IMG/VR virus record: IMGVR_UViG_3300042010_000106
Coordinates: 124,001-188,000 of that record
Direction: 5' to 3' (one strand)
Length of the DNA: 64,000 bases
Shown: in pieces, positions 9,313-18,417 of the stretch
How the letters are laid out: each line of letters starts with the position of its first letter
How positions within the stretch are numbered: position 1 is the first letter of the stretch
Notes under the pieces: generated by a model
Databases searched by the model: none
The model's input: the letters and a program-made list of their open reading frames with translations, nothing else
What the model was told of the DNA's origin: nothing
Translations under genes and position numbers: made by a program

Positions 9313-9998
9313 ATCGCGAAGAATTTCTGGTTAAGGCAAGCGCCTACATCGGCGTTGCAGTTGGCATGCGTGATAATGAAATGTGCATCGACGGCCCGCA
9401 CGTAATTATCGAAATGGCAAACAACGAAGACAGCCTGTTTATCCAGACGCCGGAACGCACTGACTTTCTGGAAACGGAAAATGGCGACTGGACGATTTGC
9501 TACGAAGAGCTGGTTAAACTGACTGACGAAGCACGAATTGACTTTGATAAAAATGTGCTTGCTTTGCGTGCTGAAATTGCAGAACATTTGGCCGCGATCA
9601 ATCCTGCGCTGCAAATCAGCGTGTTGGAAAGCGTAGAAAAATGTCACCCTAAAGCGACGTTCTTTTTGCATGACACTGGTGTGGCTTTGTACGCGTTCAC
9701 CATGTACGGCGAGCATGCACACCACGAGGCGCACAATTCCGGTGACGGCTGGTCGATTCGTCCTGAATACATTCATCGCCGCAAATGGCCTACGGGCGAA
9801 ACAGGCTCGATGGAAGTAGACGAAAACGGTTTCGCAATGTGTGACGATATTCAGGGTTTGTTGGGTAGCAATATCCGCTACAACATCAATGAATTCATCA
9901 CTACGATTATCACGAACAAGCCGTTGCCCAACAACGATACGTACCGTGAATTGACAACGCCCCGCTACCGCAAGTTTGTCGATTTCGAGGTGCTGTAA
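9309..9998 (+). CDS. Hypothetical protein, probable array A member
   Basis: KATFFLHDTGVALYAF core. Confidence 0.7.
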   Translation: MNREEFLVKASAYIGVAVGMRDNEMCIDGPHVIIEMANNEDSLFIQTPERTDFLETENGDWTICYEELVKLTDEARIDFDKNVLALRAEIAEHLAAINPALQISVLESVEKCHPKATFFLHDTGVALYAFTMYGEHAHHEAHNSGDGWSIRPEYIHRRKWPTGETGSMEVDENGFAMCDDIQGLLGSNIRYNINEFITTIITNKPLPNNDTYRELTTPRYRKFVDFEVL

Positions 9999-10735
9999 TG
10001 GATTTTGAAAAGCTGTTGGCTGCATTGGAATCTTTGTTGGGCGGCAAGTTTTATTTCCGTGAAGCAGAAGATGACAATCTGTACTGCGACGTTGGCCGAC
10101 ACTTCCTGAAAACACCGAACGGGAACGTGACCATTTACGGAAAGGCCCGCATCCGTTTTGAAGGTAATGGAAACTACCATGACAACATGGAGTTTTTGGA
10201 TTCTTTCGAAGACGTTTATGATTTCGTTGTACGCAACATGTTCGAACACAAGGTCAAGTTCGAAACAAAAGTTTTGCTGCTGCGCGAGGCTGTTGAAACG
10301 ATGCAGAAACTGAATTGCATCGGCGCTCGTTTCGTTGAAGAGTTTGACACAATCAGTCCTATTGTTCGCGTTGAAATTGGCGGCGTTCCGCTCTTCTGCT
10401 TGATTCCAAAATTCCGTACCATTTTCGCGCAGTTCAATGAAGACGATTCGTTCGATGATACGGGCAAAGCCTCTTACAATGGCTTTGACCTGCGTGTCTC
10501 CGTCGTTGCAGAGTCTGGCCGTCAACTGCCGTCCGGTTTTCATGTGTTCCCGAATGGTGTACGTGACTGTTACGCACCGTTTGGTTTGCGTGCGTTCCTC
10601 ACACCGGGTTGCATTGTCACAGCGCGTACACTCACACTGAAGAAAGCCATTCAGGAAGAGCATTCTGCACACGCTTTTTACGACAGTTTGTGCAGTGAAG
10701 AAACTGTAAAGGTTATCGAGTACACCGTACCCTAA
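9998..10735 (+). CDS. Hypothetical protein, probable array A member
   Basis: TAATG coupling; VRVEIGGVPLFCL core. Confidence 0.7.
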   Translation: MDFEKLLAALESLLGGKFYFREAEDDNLYCDVGRHFLKTPNGNVTIYGKARIRFEGNGNYHDNMEFLDSFEDVYDFVVRNMFEHKVKFETKVLLLREAVETMQKLNCIGARFVEEFDTISPIVRVEIGGVPLFCLIPKFRTIFAQFNEDDSFDDTGKASYNGFDLRVSVVAESGRQLPSGFHVFPNGVRDCYAPFGLRAFLTPGCIVTARTLTLKKAIQEEHSAHAFYDSLCSEETVKVIEYTVP

Positions 10736-10747
10736 CAGGCAATCAAA

Positions 10748-11017
10748 ATGATCTTTTCAGGTAAGAAGCTGTTTGAGCTGAAGGCCACGCACGGTATGCC
10801 ACTCGACGTAGCCATTCAGGAAATTGTCGATAGCGGCGCTCGCATTAGCTGGGGCGAATTTGTTGATCAGGCACGTTTGAACAAGTGGTGGGATTTTCAG
10901 ATTCTGGAGCTGGTGGAAACCGCGCTCGGCATGACGATTCTTGATCGCGATTATCGTGCTGAAGTTATCGCACGAATGAAGCTTTACATGTATACGAACA
11001 AACTTCAGCGAGACTAA
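10748..11017 (+). CDS. Small protein resembling a helical segment of alanyl-tRNA synthetase
   Basis: SGKKLFELKATHGMPLD..G.RISWGEF resembles AlaRS GxxAFxLYDTYGFPxD..VDxxGF. Confidence 0.55.
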   Translation: MIFSGKKLFELKATHGMPLDVAIQEIVDSGARISWGEFVDQARLNKWWDFQILELVETALGMTILDRDYRAEVIARMKLYMYTNKLQRD

Positions 11018-11018
11018 A

Positions 11019-11339
11019 ATGCAGATGAATAAGCATGAACAAGGTCAGTTCCTTTGTGACCGCATTGAAGCGGCGCGACCGCATATTGGTTTCCCGATTC
11101 AAACGTATTTGAGTGAAGTGTTTCCTGACAAACCTGTCATGATCGTACACCGCAAACATTCTGTACGTGGTGCAAGTAATTACCCGGCCACCACGCAGCT
11201 TGAATTGCTCGCCGTCATTTCCGTGACAGAGGAAAACAAGCTGTACATTTTCAACCATAGTGAAGACGCGACAGGTACTGATTTTCACATGCTGTCGTCG
11301 CCACTGATTTATCCCGAGCAATTCACGGCGTCTGCGTAA
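11019..11339 (+). CDS. Hypothetical protein
   Basis: Operon packing. Confidence 0.65.
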   Translation: MQMNKHEQGQFLCDRIEAARPHIGFPIQTYLSEVFPDKPVMIVHRKHSVRGASNYPATTQLELLAVISVTEENKLYIFNHSEDATGTDFHMLSSPLIYPEQFTASA

Positions 11340-11935
11340 TGAAAGAATCCCGACAAACGCAATTACTCAATGGCGTATCTACGCTAGCGCAGAAAACGTT
11401 TCCGTTTGTTCCCATTCAGGAATCGTGGTCGTGCACAGACATTCACCGCGCAATGACAAAAGGCGGTGCCACAAGTACAGCCTTTCGCGTTGTGCGTGCG
11501 TGCTTGGGTGAAATGAAAGATGCTGGTTTGATTCGTGAGCCAAAGCCTGATTTTTTCCAGCGCGAAGCCGTGAAACACAAGACTGTCGAACAGCCATATT
11601 TGCGTGATGCAACACCCGCAGGCTACACGCCTAACGGTATGATCATTCGCGAAGAAAAGTTTGTTCCAAAAAATCCCCCGCAAGGAAATAAAGACGTGTC
11701 CAATAAAGCCCCGGCTGTTGTTGCATCTGAAGCCAAAACGGTTAGCGCTGTCGAGCTGCTGACTGAACTGGCTGTAGACTTCGGTGACTTTGCCGAACAA
11801 GTTGCAAAAAGTCACAAAGCTTTCGCTTCACGTCTGGTTGATATCTCGGCACAGATCGAAAATGATTTGTCCTCGAATTCAGAAGAGCTGGAAAAACTGC
11901 GCTCCCTGAAATCCCTGCTGAAATCGCTTGGGTAA
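11339..11935 (+). CDS. Winged-helix-like N-terminus plus C-terminal coiled coil
   Basis: VPIQESWS..LGEMKDAGLIREP..FQR pattern; heptad-rich C-terminus. Confidence 0.6.
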   Translation: MKESRQTQLLNGVSTLAQKTFPFVPIQESWSCTDIHRAMTKGGATSTAFRVVRACLGEMKDAGLIREPKPDFFQREAVKHKTVEQPYLRDATPAGYTPNGMIIREEKFVPKNPPQGNKDVSNKAPAVVASEAKTVSAVELLTELAVDFGDFAEQVAKSHKAFASRLVDISAQIENDLSSNSEELEKLRSLKSLLKSLG

Positions 11936-12261
11936 TGGCAGGAATGTTTTCTACCGGCACAGTCATAATTGGCCGTGTCGGTGATGATCCGTTGCCCGGT
12001 GTGCTAGACGTTCGTGTTGATCGCAAAACGATTTTCGGCAACCCCAATCCGAAAGGCGTTAACGGTACACGGAAAGAAGTCTGCCAGATGTACAAGGTCT
12101 ACGCGGTTAAGCGTATGGCAAAACGTGGTAAGTATTTCCGGCGTATTGAAAAGCTACGGGCACTTTACAACGCCGGTCAAAACATTCGGTTACTTTGTCA
12201 TTGCTTTCCGAAGCAGTGCCACGGCCTAACTGTGAAGGATTTAATTGAGGGTCGTTTGTGA
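11935..12261 (+). CDS. DUF4326 family protein
   Basis: VDRKTIFGNP...LLCHCFPKQCHG signature. Confidence 0.8.
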   Translation: MAGMFSTGTVIIGRVGDDPLPGVLDVRVDRKTIFGNPNPKGVNGTRKEVCQMYKVYAVKRMAKRGKYFRRIEKLRALYNAGQNIRLLCHCFPKQCHGLTVKDLIEGRL

Positions 12262-12509
12262 AGAAGAAAATTAAAGCGATTCGTCACGCAGATGTTGGGC
12301 CGGGTAAATACTGGATGTTTGATTCAGATCCTGAGTACCAGCACGAAGACCCATCATCCGTTACGATTGTCGAGAAAGACGGCTGCACTTACGTAATCGG
12401 TGCAAATGCGGGCCTCGACGATTCAGACATTGCACACATTGACGACATTGTTGATACAGTCGTTTTCGTTCCCATCGTGCCACCTAAATATTCGGAGTTG
12501 GAATTTTGA
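12258..12509 (+). CDS. Small protein, paralogue array B
   Basis: GPGKYW...FVPIVPP. Confidence 0.7.
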   Translation: MKKKIKAIRHADVGPGKYWMFDSDPEYQHEDPSSVTIVEKDGCTYVIGANAGLDDSDIAHIDDIVDTVVFVPIVPPKYSELEF

Positions 12510-12736
12510 AAGGGTTTAAATTCGAAGAATGTCCGATGGGTTTTTACTGGTGTTTCAATATCCAACGCCCGGAAGACAGACCCAATCTGGTCGAGCTGTA
12601 TCAGGCCGTGAATGATGGCGCTGTTTACTTCGCTGCGATGGGCCGCGCATGGCGTGAACCAGCTAAAGCACTGAAGCTGGAAATTCTGCGTTTCGTTCCG
12701 GTGGTCGAGCCGATGTTTGGAGAACTGGATTTATGA
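12506..12736 (+). CDS. Small protein, paralogue array B
   Basis: PMGFYW...RFVPVVEP. Confidence 0.7.
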   Translation: MKGFKFEECPMGFYWCFNIQRPEDRPNLVELYQAVNDGAVYFAAMGRAWREPAKALKLEILRFVPVVEPMFGELDL

Positions 12737-13008
12737 GCGGCGCATTAACGTTCGAAGAAATCGAACACGGCCTTTACTGGATGACGCAAACGAATTTACC
12801 GGATGCACAAGCTTTGCGCGTTCGATACTTCGGTAATTATTTGCATTTCATAGACAACCGTAACACCGTGGCTGTTAGCGATGTGGAATTGCACCTGCTG
12901 CGTTTCGTGCCAATCACAGAACACAACGTCGGTCGGCCCGGTACAGGTTCTGGCCCCGGTGGTGCTGTGACCATCTGTGATGAACATTACGAATTGGGCG
13001 AGCAATGA
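12733..13008 (+). CDS. Small protein, paralogue array B
   Basis: EHGLYW...RFVPITE. Confidence 0.7.
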   Translation: MSGALTFEEIEHGLYWMTQTNLPDAQALRVRYFGNYLHFIDNRNTVAVSDVELHLLRFVPITEHNVGRPGTGSGPGGAVTICDEHYELGEQ

Positions 13009-13250
13009 ACGTTCTGAATTGGGATGAACTGGAAGACGGCAAAGCCTACCTGAAGCACGATATTGACGAAGGGTATACTTCAATGTGTCGCGCTCGGCAT
13101 ACGTGCGGTGGTCGCTATCAATACATTCTGGTCGAAGGCGATGTCGTTCCTAAATTCGCGATCAAATACAAAGACTGTGTTTTTGTCGAAGTTGAAATGC
13201 CTTCACGATCCGATTGGGCCTTGGCAATCCTGCAAAAAGATTCACAGTAA
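13005..13250 (+). CDS. Small protein, paralogue array B
   Basis: EDGKAYL...FVEVEMP. Confidence 0.7.
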   Translation: MNVLNWDELEDGKAYLKHDIDEGYTSMCRARHTCGGRYQYILVEGDVVPKFAIKYKDCVFVEVEMPSRSDWALAILQKDSQ

Positions 13251-13299
13251 TTTCTAGGTATCATCCACTACACAGGCCGGTCGTAAGATCGAGAAATGA

Positions 13300-13545
13300 A
13301 TGCTCTCACTAAATAAAAAACAAGCGCTTAAAATGCGCGGCGAACTGCTCTCACTTAGCGTTGTTGCACTTGATGGGAAAACGTACGGTTACGAATTGCT
13401 TCACCAGTCTGGAAAGATATTCACGCTGTGGCGGATTGATTCACCGAACCGCCTGACGTGTTCTCAATTGGATACTGCGAAAGCGCTCGCCGACTATTTG
13501 AAGTTTGACAGGTTCGCGATTCGCCTACAGGAAATCACTGCATGA
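13300..13545 (+). CDS. Hypothetical protein
   Basis: ORF downstream of GTAATTT at 13247. Confidence 0.6.
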   Translation: MLSLNKKQALKMRGELLSLSVVALDGKTYGYELLHQSGKIFTLWRIDSPNRLTCSQLDTAKALADYLKFDRFAIRLQEITA

Positions 13546-14135
13546 GATTGTTTTTATCCTTGTCGCAACTTGATCGCTTGTTGACTACCGGGCGAATTGA
13601 TTTGCTGCCTGCGTACATCGACAAAGGCGTTACGTATTACTCGCACAATTGCATGCTTCCTGTGGCGATTGCGGAATTGAATTGTCCTGAGCCTTTCATT
13701 GTGCACAATCAGCCATTTGTTGAAGCCGGTGCGTGGTTGACTGCTGTGCACACGTGCGTAATGCCGGAGACAACGAATTTTCACCCTATGTTCGTGTACC
13801 CGGATTTCGACACGATGGTGGCTCACGACATGCGTACGGTGGTCAACGCCTTACATCGTGCCATGAGTCGCCCTGTGGCGCGTTCTAACGACCTTCAGGC
13901 GCTCTCTGTGGCCTTCCTACAGGGTTGCACTGACGAAGAGGTGGCGACGTACCACGCGGTGTTCACTTCGTTCATTGAACTGAATCCGAAATTCGTACGC
14001 ATGGCGTGGAACGCAAACGATATTCCCAACGCCGACAAATTCAAAACGCTTTGCTTGCAGTTACCATCGTCCGGCATGGGCATTTGGGAATCCGCAGCAC
14101 AACACATTTTCAAGAAGTGGACGCTGTACACGTAG
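13542..14135 (+). CDS. Hypothetical protein
   Basis: ATGA overlap; followed by a terminator. Confidence 0.7.
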   Translation: MRLFLSLSQLDRLLTTGRIDLLPAYIDKGVTYYSHNCMLPVAIAELNCPEPFIVHNQPFVEAGAWLTAVHTCVMPETTNFHPMFVYPDFDTMVAHDMRTVVNALHRAMSRPVARSNDLQALSVAFLQGCTDEEVATYHAVFTSFIELNPKFVRMAWNANDIPNADKFKTLCLQLPSSGMGIWESAAQHIFKKWTLYT

Positions 14136-14143
14136 CGCAAACG

Positions 14144-14186
14144 AAAAAAGCCCCGAATCCAATTACGGAAACGGGGCTTTTTTTTT
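14144..14186. terminator. Bidirectional intrinsic terminator
   Basis: AAAAAAGCCCCG-16 nt-CGGGGCTTTTTTTTT between convergent genes. Confidence 0.9.
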
Positions 14187-14195
14187 GCTTCGAAT

Positions 14196-14639
14196 TTACT
14201 TCAGAATCAGGCGCCGATTGGCACCCTTCACAAACGATATGTGAATGTAGTTGTCACGCATCTGCAAAATGTCGAATTCTTCCGACTGCAAATATTCGTA
14301 AATCATTTCGAGGTCATTGGACACGATAGAAACTGCGTGCCCGGTGACGTGTTGTTTTTGCTGGATGTAATCAAACCAGTTTTTATCGCTGCATGTCAGT
14401 TTGTTCTGACGGCACCAATCGAAGAAACCCGGTTTGCTGTATTCGCGTTCCAGTGTAGGCGAGCGATACCAACTGACGATCCGAAAGTTGTAAGCGTTGC
14501 GCAATGGTTCCAGCACAAACTCTGCCATGTCCTCGGCAGCGCGCAGCACATTGCGGGGCGGCGTATTGTCGATTTTGTTTTTAATCGCAACGAGGTCGAA
14601 ACCCACGTCAAGATCGGTATAGTTTGGACTGATTTTCAT
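14196..14639 (-). CDS. Peptidase M15A-like protein (endolysin candidate; Zn-ligand Asp replaced)
   Basis: IDNTP..VLEPLR..SWYRSP..QHVTGHAVS..YIHISF follows the M15 pattern. Confidence 0.7.
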   Translation of the reverse strand: MKISPNYTDLDVGFDLVAIKNKIDNTPPRNVLRAAEDMAEFVLEPLRNAYNFRIVSWYRSPTLEREYSKPGFFDWCRQNKLTCSDKNWFDYIQQKQHVTGHAVSIVSNDLEMIYEYLQSEEFDILQMRDNYIHISFVKGANRRLILK

Positions 14640-14650
14640 AACGTTTTCCT

Positions 14651-15097
14651 TTACAACGCAAGGCCGATAATGGCAATCGCTTGCCAGAATACTTTTTCAA
14701 TTGCGAACCACGTTTTATCGCGTTCGTGTTCTTGCTGTTCCTTCAGATACAGCGCGTAATTTTCGTTGGCGCGTACCTCCTGTTTCAGCGCAATATCTAC
14801 GACCGTGTTGTGTTGCTGGATCGTTTGATTATGCGCTACCACAAGAAGATTTAAGCCTTCGGTATTTGCTTTCGATTGCCGTACATAATCCGTAAGCTTT
14901 CGCGTGTTATTCAGATCGAGTACGGCAACTTCTTTTCCGTCAACTTGCGCTTGGCTTATCGCTGGTTTGTCCGGCAGGGACGCTTCCAACGTAAGCTTTT
15001 CCAATTTCTGCAATGGCAGTGGCGGTGGTGGATTCCACTGTTGGGACGTTTGACATCCCGGCACCATGAGAATCAACAATAACAGGATTAGCCGCAT
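14651..15097 (-). CDS. Lipoprotein, spanin candidate with hydrophobic C-terminus
   Basis: MRLILLLLILMVPG|C lipobox-like sequence, Pro run, coiled coil, C-term VFWQAIAIIGLAL. Confidence 0.65.
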   Translation of the reverse strand: MRLILLLLILMVPGCQTSQQWNPPPPLPLQKLEKLTLEASLPDKPAISQAQVDGKEVAVLDLNNTRKLTDYVRQSKANTEGLNLLVVAHNQTIQQHNTVVDIALKQEVRANENYALYLKEQQEHERDKTWFAIEKVFWQAIAIIGLAL

Positions 15098-15443
15098 TTT
15101 CTGTACTCGCTTGTAAGCGTTCCAGCGCGGTGCGTACTGCCAATGGCATTGGTGGTTTACCAATCATGGAATCAGCAGCAATACCGATTGCGAAATAAGT
15201 AATCTTTCCCACACCCGGTTCGATGATCACAGTCGTCAGAAACGTTGCGAACGCACCAGCAAAAACCCAAAAGGTAGATTTAACATCGTCGAGCCAATAC
15301 GACGACAGTTTGATTCCCTCTTTCTTGCATTTCCAAATCCAGTTTACGATCACACCTGCAAGGGTGCAAAAGAAAAAACCGAACGCGTCATCGAGGGGAA
15401 TTTCGATGGCTTTTTCAATCGCTTTTACAAACCATTCCATCAT
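14940..15443 (-). CDS. Multi-pass membrane protein, holin candidate
   Basis: 2-3 hydrophobic segments; lysis-like context. Confidence 0.55.
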   Translation of the reverse strand: MMEWFVKAIEKAIEIPLDDAFGFFFCTLAGVIVNWIWKCKKEGIKLSSYWLDDVKSTFWVFAGAFATFLTTVIIEPGVGKITYFAIGIAADSMIGKPPMPLAVRTALERLQASTENAANPVIVDSHGAGMSNVPTVESTTATAIAEIGKAYVGSVPAGQTSDKPSAS

Positions 15444-15453
15444 CGCGCACTCA

Positions 15454-15708
15454 CTATTCTTTGTTGTATTCCTCTATCGCTGCGCTTATTGAAGCCGCAT
15501 CCGACTTCGGAACGGGTTTTGTTTTTTCGACGACGGCTACATGGGCCTCTTCGATTTTCTCGTTCTGCTCTGTGTAATCCGGTGGCAACTCTACTTCTGG
15601 TGCTGGCGGTTGTGGCTTTTCTTTAGTCCGACCTACAGCCGCAAAAAGAGTCAGCAAAAAGATTGCTGCGCCCACAATCCACAAACCCCATTTCTTTAGC
15701 GTTTCCAT
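15454..15708 (-). CDS. N-terminally anchored membrane protein, i-spanin candidate
   Basis: KKWGLWIVGAAIFLLTLFAAVG TM followed by a Pro/charged domain. Confidence 0.55.
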   Translation of the reverse strand: METLKKWGLWIVGAAIFLLTLFAAVGRTKEKPQPPAPEVELPPDYTEQNEKIEEAHVAVVEKTKPVPKSDAASISAAIEEYNKE

Positions 15709-15712
15709 ATAT

Positions 15713-15877
15713 TCACCGTGATGTGAAAGTGTGTTCCAGACCGCGATTCGAACCAACCTTTTCGCCTTCGTCGTCGATGGTGTCTTGACGGTTAAGCATT
15801 TTGCGTCGATTCAATCGCTGCATTTTCGAAATAACTTTCTTGTTTCTCACGGGTTTTGCATCAATCAAAATAAGCAT
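15713..15877 (-). CDS. Small basic protein, 54 aa (not in ORF track)
   Basis: MLILIDAKPVRNKKVISKMQRLNRRKMLNRQDTIDDEGEKVGSNRGLEHTFTSR; GGGGA RBS; downstream of CGTAATTTA. Confidence 0.6.
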   Translation of the reverse strand: MLILIDAKPVRNKKVISKMQRLNRRKMLNRQDTIDDEGEKVGSNRGLEHTFTSR

Positions 15878-15919
15878 TGCATTCCCCATATGCGAAAGAA
15901 CGTGTGTTCCTCATAGCAT

Positions 15920-15928
15920 TAAATTACG
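15920..15928 (-). promoter_or_regulatory. CGTAATTTA candidate late promoter
   Basis: Directly after a terminator; heads the lysis-like unit. Confidence 0.55.
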
Positions 15929-15930
15929 CA

Positions 15931-15961
15931 AAAGAAAAAGGGGAACCAAATGGCTCCCCTT
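15931..15961 (-). terminator. Intrinsic terminator
   Basis: AAGGGGAGCCATTTGGTTCCCCTTTTTCTTTT on the minus strand. Confidence 0.8.
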
Positions 15962-15980
15962 AATCTATACCACTATGTGC

Positions 15981-17111
15981 CTACGTGTTCAGCCAGCTCA
16001 CGCCACCTTTGATTGCCGCAGCAACGCCAAGGGTGATAACCAGTTCATTCACGGTGGTGAATTCAACGTCATCAGGAGTGATTTGTTTGTTGGTTGCAGC
16101 ATCAACGACAATCACGTTCGGCCAGCGATAGCCGAGGTTGTGAGTGATTGTGTGGGTGGTTGCAGAAGCACTGTCGATTGGAAAGAACAGACCAGCAACT
16201 TTCGTGTTCATTTCCGTTTCAGTTGGGTACGTATCCAGCGCAGTAGTCAATGCCGCAGGAGTAACGTAGGTGCCGGAAAGATCGCCAACTTTCAAACCCG
16301 CAGCGGATTTGGTCAGCGTGGCACCGTCCAGTTTAACGGAAACAACATCACCGGCAGTTTCAATACCGTCGCCGGGAGTGATGCCAGAAATGCCGCCGAA
16401 TTCTGCCCAATCAGTACCGTTCCAACGCAGCCACATACCATCAGCACGATCCCAAACGAGGGCGCCGGGGCCTTGTGCAGAAACGTCGTAAGCGAGAACG
16501 GTTGCTTCACCGCCTGCTGTAACTTCTACGATGTCATTTGCATTGCCGACTGTTGGAGTAATACCGCTCAAACCATCAGTCAGAATGTAACGACCTGCAA
16601 CGCCTGCGAAATCAGCTTCGCGACCGAGAACGTCGGCTTGGAAATCCAAACCGGCCAGCGCGTTGTCAATTGCGTTATTCAGTTGGGTAGTGTTTACCAA
16701 ACCGGTAACAGCAGTTGCGATTTCATCAGTTACATCGGTGCTTTGTGCATACGGTGCGAGCGCCGCAGTCAAAGCAGTTGTCAGCACGTACGAACTGAGG
16801 GCGGTTGTCAATTCGCCATCGGTTGTGTAACCGCCCAAAAGGGCAGTCAGTGCGGTGGTTGTGGTGTAATCCGCAAGCGCTGTATCCAGCTCTTCAGGAG
16901 TGACGCCGCCAGCACCAGCAGCGCCGAGGCTAACGGTTGTGGTGCCGTTGTAAAAACGCAGCGTGTCGGTGGTAGTGTTTACCCACAAACGCGGTGCAGT
17001 AAGATCACCGGCAATTGGATCTTCCACCAATTGTTCGATGCGCAAGTTTTTGATTTCGCCAGTCAGGGTAACGTCACCCTTGACTAACAGTGAACCATTA
17101 ATTTCTGCCAT
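15981..17111 (-). CDS. Virion structural/fibre protein
   Basis: Ala/Thr-rich YxTTTALTxAL repeats; C-term HTITHNLG..PNVIVVD module. Confidence 0.7.
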   Translation of the reverse strand: MAEINGSLLVKGDVTLTGEIKNLRIEQLVEDPIAGDLTAPRLWVNTTTDTLRFYNGTTTVSLGAAGAGGVTPEELDTALADYTTTTALTALLGGYTTDGELTTALSSYVLTTALTAALAPYAQSTDVTDEIATAVTGLVNTTQLNNAIDNALAGLDFQADVLGREADFAGVAGRYILTDGLSGITPTVGNANDIVEVTAGGEATVLAYDVSAQGPGALVWDRADGMWLRWNGTDWAEFGGISGITPGDGIETAGDVVSVKLDGATLTKSAAGLKVGDLSGTYVTPAALTTALDTYPTETEMNTKVAGLFFPIDSASATTHTITHNLGYRWPNVIVVDAATNKQITPDDVEFTTVNELVITLGVAAAIKGGVSWLNT

Positions 17112-17134
17112 GTTATGTGTATCCTTTGCTTATT

Positions 17135-17935
17135 TCATAGTGCTGGTGGGCACGAAATAACATCAACAATATCAACGTATTCCGTGCAGCGTTTCAGAAG
17201 AGACGCCAGCGGTTCGTCACCTTCGATTACGCCAGCAAAGCTAAGCCTGCTGGTCGAATAGTTCTTTATCAACACGGGGAAAGATCCACATGCGATTGTC
17301 AGGTAATATTTTATGCGTTCTTCACACATAAAAATCCCCGACTGGAAATAGTAATCAATGGTAAAATTGTCGATGTAGACAATCAGTCGATCAGCATTGG
17401 AACGATTTGTCGTGCACTGATTCGGAACGTAGTTGCTTCCTAACAGGCAGTCGATTTCGTATAACTCGTACAAGCACATTTGAAGCATTGAACTTAACCC
17501 GGCGACGATTATCGGGAAGGCTTCAAGGGTGTGCATTCCATTTGTACTTTTAATCATGGCTCTGAAAGCATTGCGCGTGTGCACGTTAACCGTATACCAC
17601 TGGTCAACGAAACCCTCACAAAACAGAGTCGGATAAAGCTCAAATATTTCAAGGTGATATGACTGCACCTTGTCGTCATCAGCTAACACCGCGTCAATTG
17701 TTGCTTCTGTCACGGTGCTATTGTTGAGGAAGGTATACTCGACCCGCTGCGCCCAATTCGTGTAGCTATTGAATAAAAGCAGCAGCGTTTCTCTAGCAAC
17801 CTCGCTGAATTGGTTGCGTTCCATCAACAAATCATTGAGGATAAATGCCTTGTTCCCGTAAAAGAGCGACATCGCTTTTGAACTGACGGAACGGAATCGA
17901 ATATTGTTCGGAACGAATGACATGAGTAACCTCAA
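17135..17935 (-). CDS. Hypothetical soluble protein (start may be ATG 17923)
   Basis: ORF track; coupled to the upstream gene. Confidence 0.7.
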   Translation of the reverse strand: MRLLMSFVPNNIRFRSVSSKAMSLFYGNKAFILNDLLMERNQFSEVARETLLLLFNSYTNWAQRVEYTFLNNSTVTEATIDAVLADDDKVQSYHLEIFELYPTLFCEGFVDQWYTVNVHTRNAFRAMIKSTNGMHTLEAFPIIVAGLSSMLQMCLYELYEIDCLLGSNYVPNQCTTNRSNADRLIVYIDNFTIDYYFQSGIFMCEERIKYYLTIACGSFPVLIKNYSTSRLSFAGVIEGDEPLASLLKRCTEYVDIVDVISCPPAL

Positions 17936-18417
17936 ACGCCTCTCGGCGCTTCACCACGGTGCATGTTGAGTCCTAGAATGATACCCGACACTTGGCTTTG
18001 TTTCTCACTGACTTCTGACAATGTGCGCAAAAGCCGCTCAGTGTTTCTGTCAATGGTGTTCATACAGTTCTGAAGTTCACGAACTGTCGTCGAATCCAAA
18101 TGGCGATTACCGTTTAGTGCCCCCGACATTGAATTTAGCAAACTGCGCAATTCTTCTAGGGCAGGAATACTGACGGGGCGTTCAACAATTGCTAAGATTT
18201 CGCTCAGCATTTGGCTCATTTTTTTAAGGTCATCAGTATGTGTTGTGCGAAGCTCCTTTATCTCTTCATCCTTATCCACAATCGTTGCCAGCGCTTCCTT
18301 GAGCTGCGCAGCCTGTGGAATTGCAAACCACCAGATAACAGCGCCGAAGGCTAGCGCCAGCATCATTGCAATAATCGTGGGGATAGGACTGGAGAATATT
18401 GTGTCAATCATCCCCAT
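17932..18417 (-). CDS. Single-TM coiled-coil membrane protein
   Basis: IIAMMLALAFGAVIWWFAI TM followed by heptads. Confidence 0.7.
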   Translation of the reverse strand: MGMIDTIFSSPIPTIIAMMLALAFGAVIWWFAIPQAAQLKEALATIVDKDEEIKELRTTHTDDLKKMSQMLSEILAIVERPVSIPALEELRSLLNSMSGALNGNRHLDSTTVRELQNCMNTIDRNTERLLRTLSEVSEKQSQVSGIILGLNMHRGEAPRGV

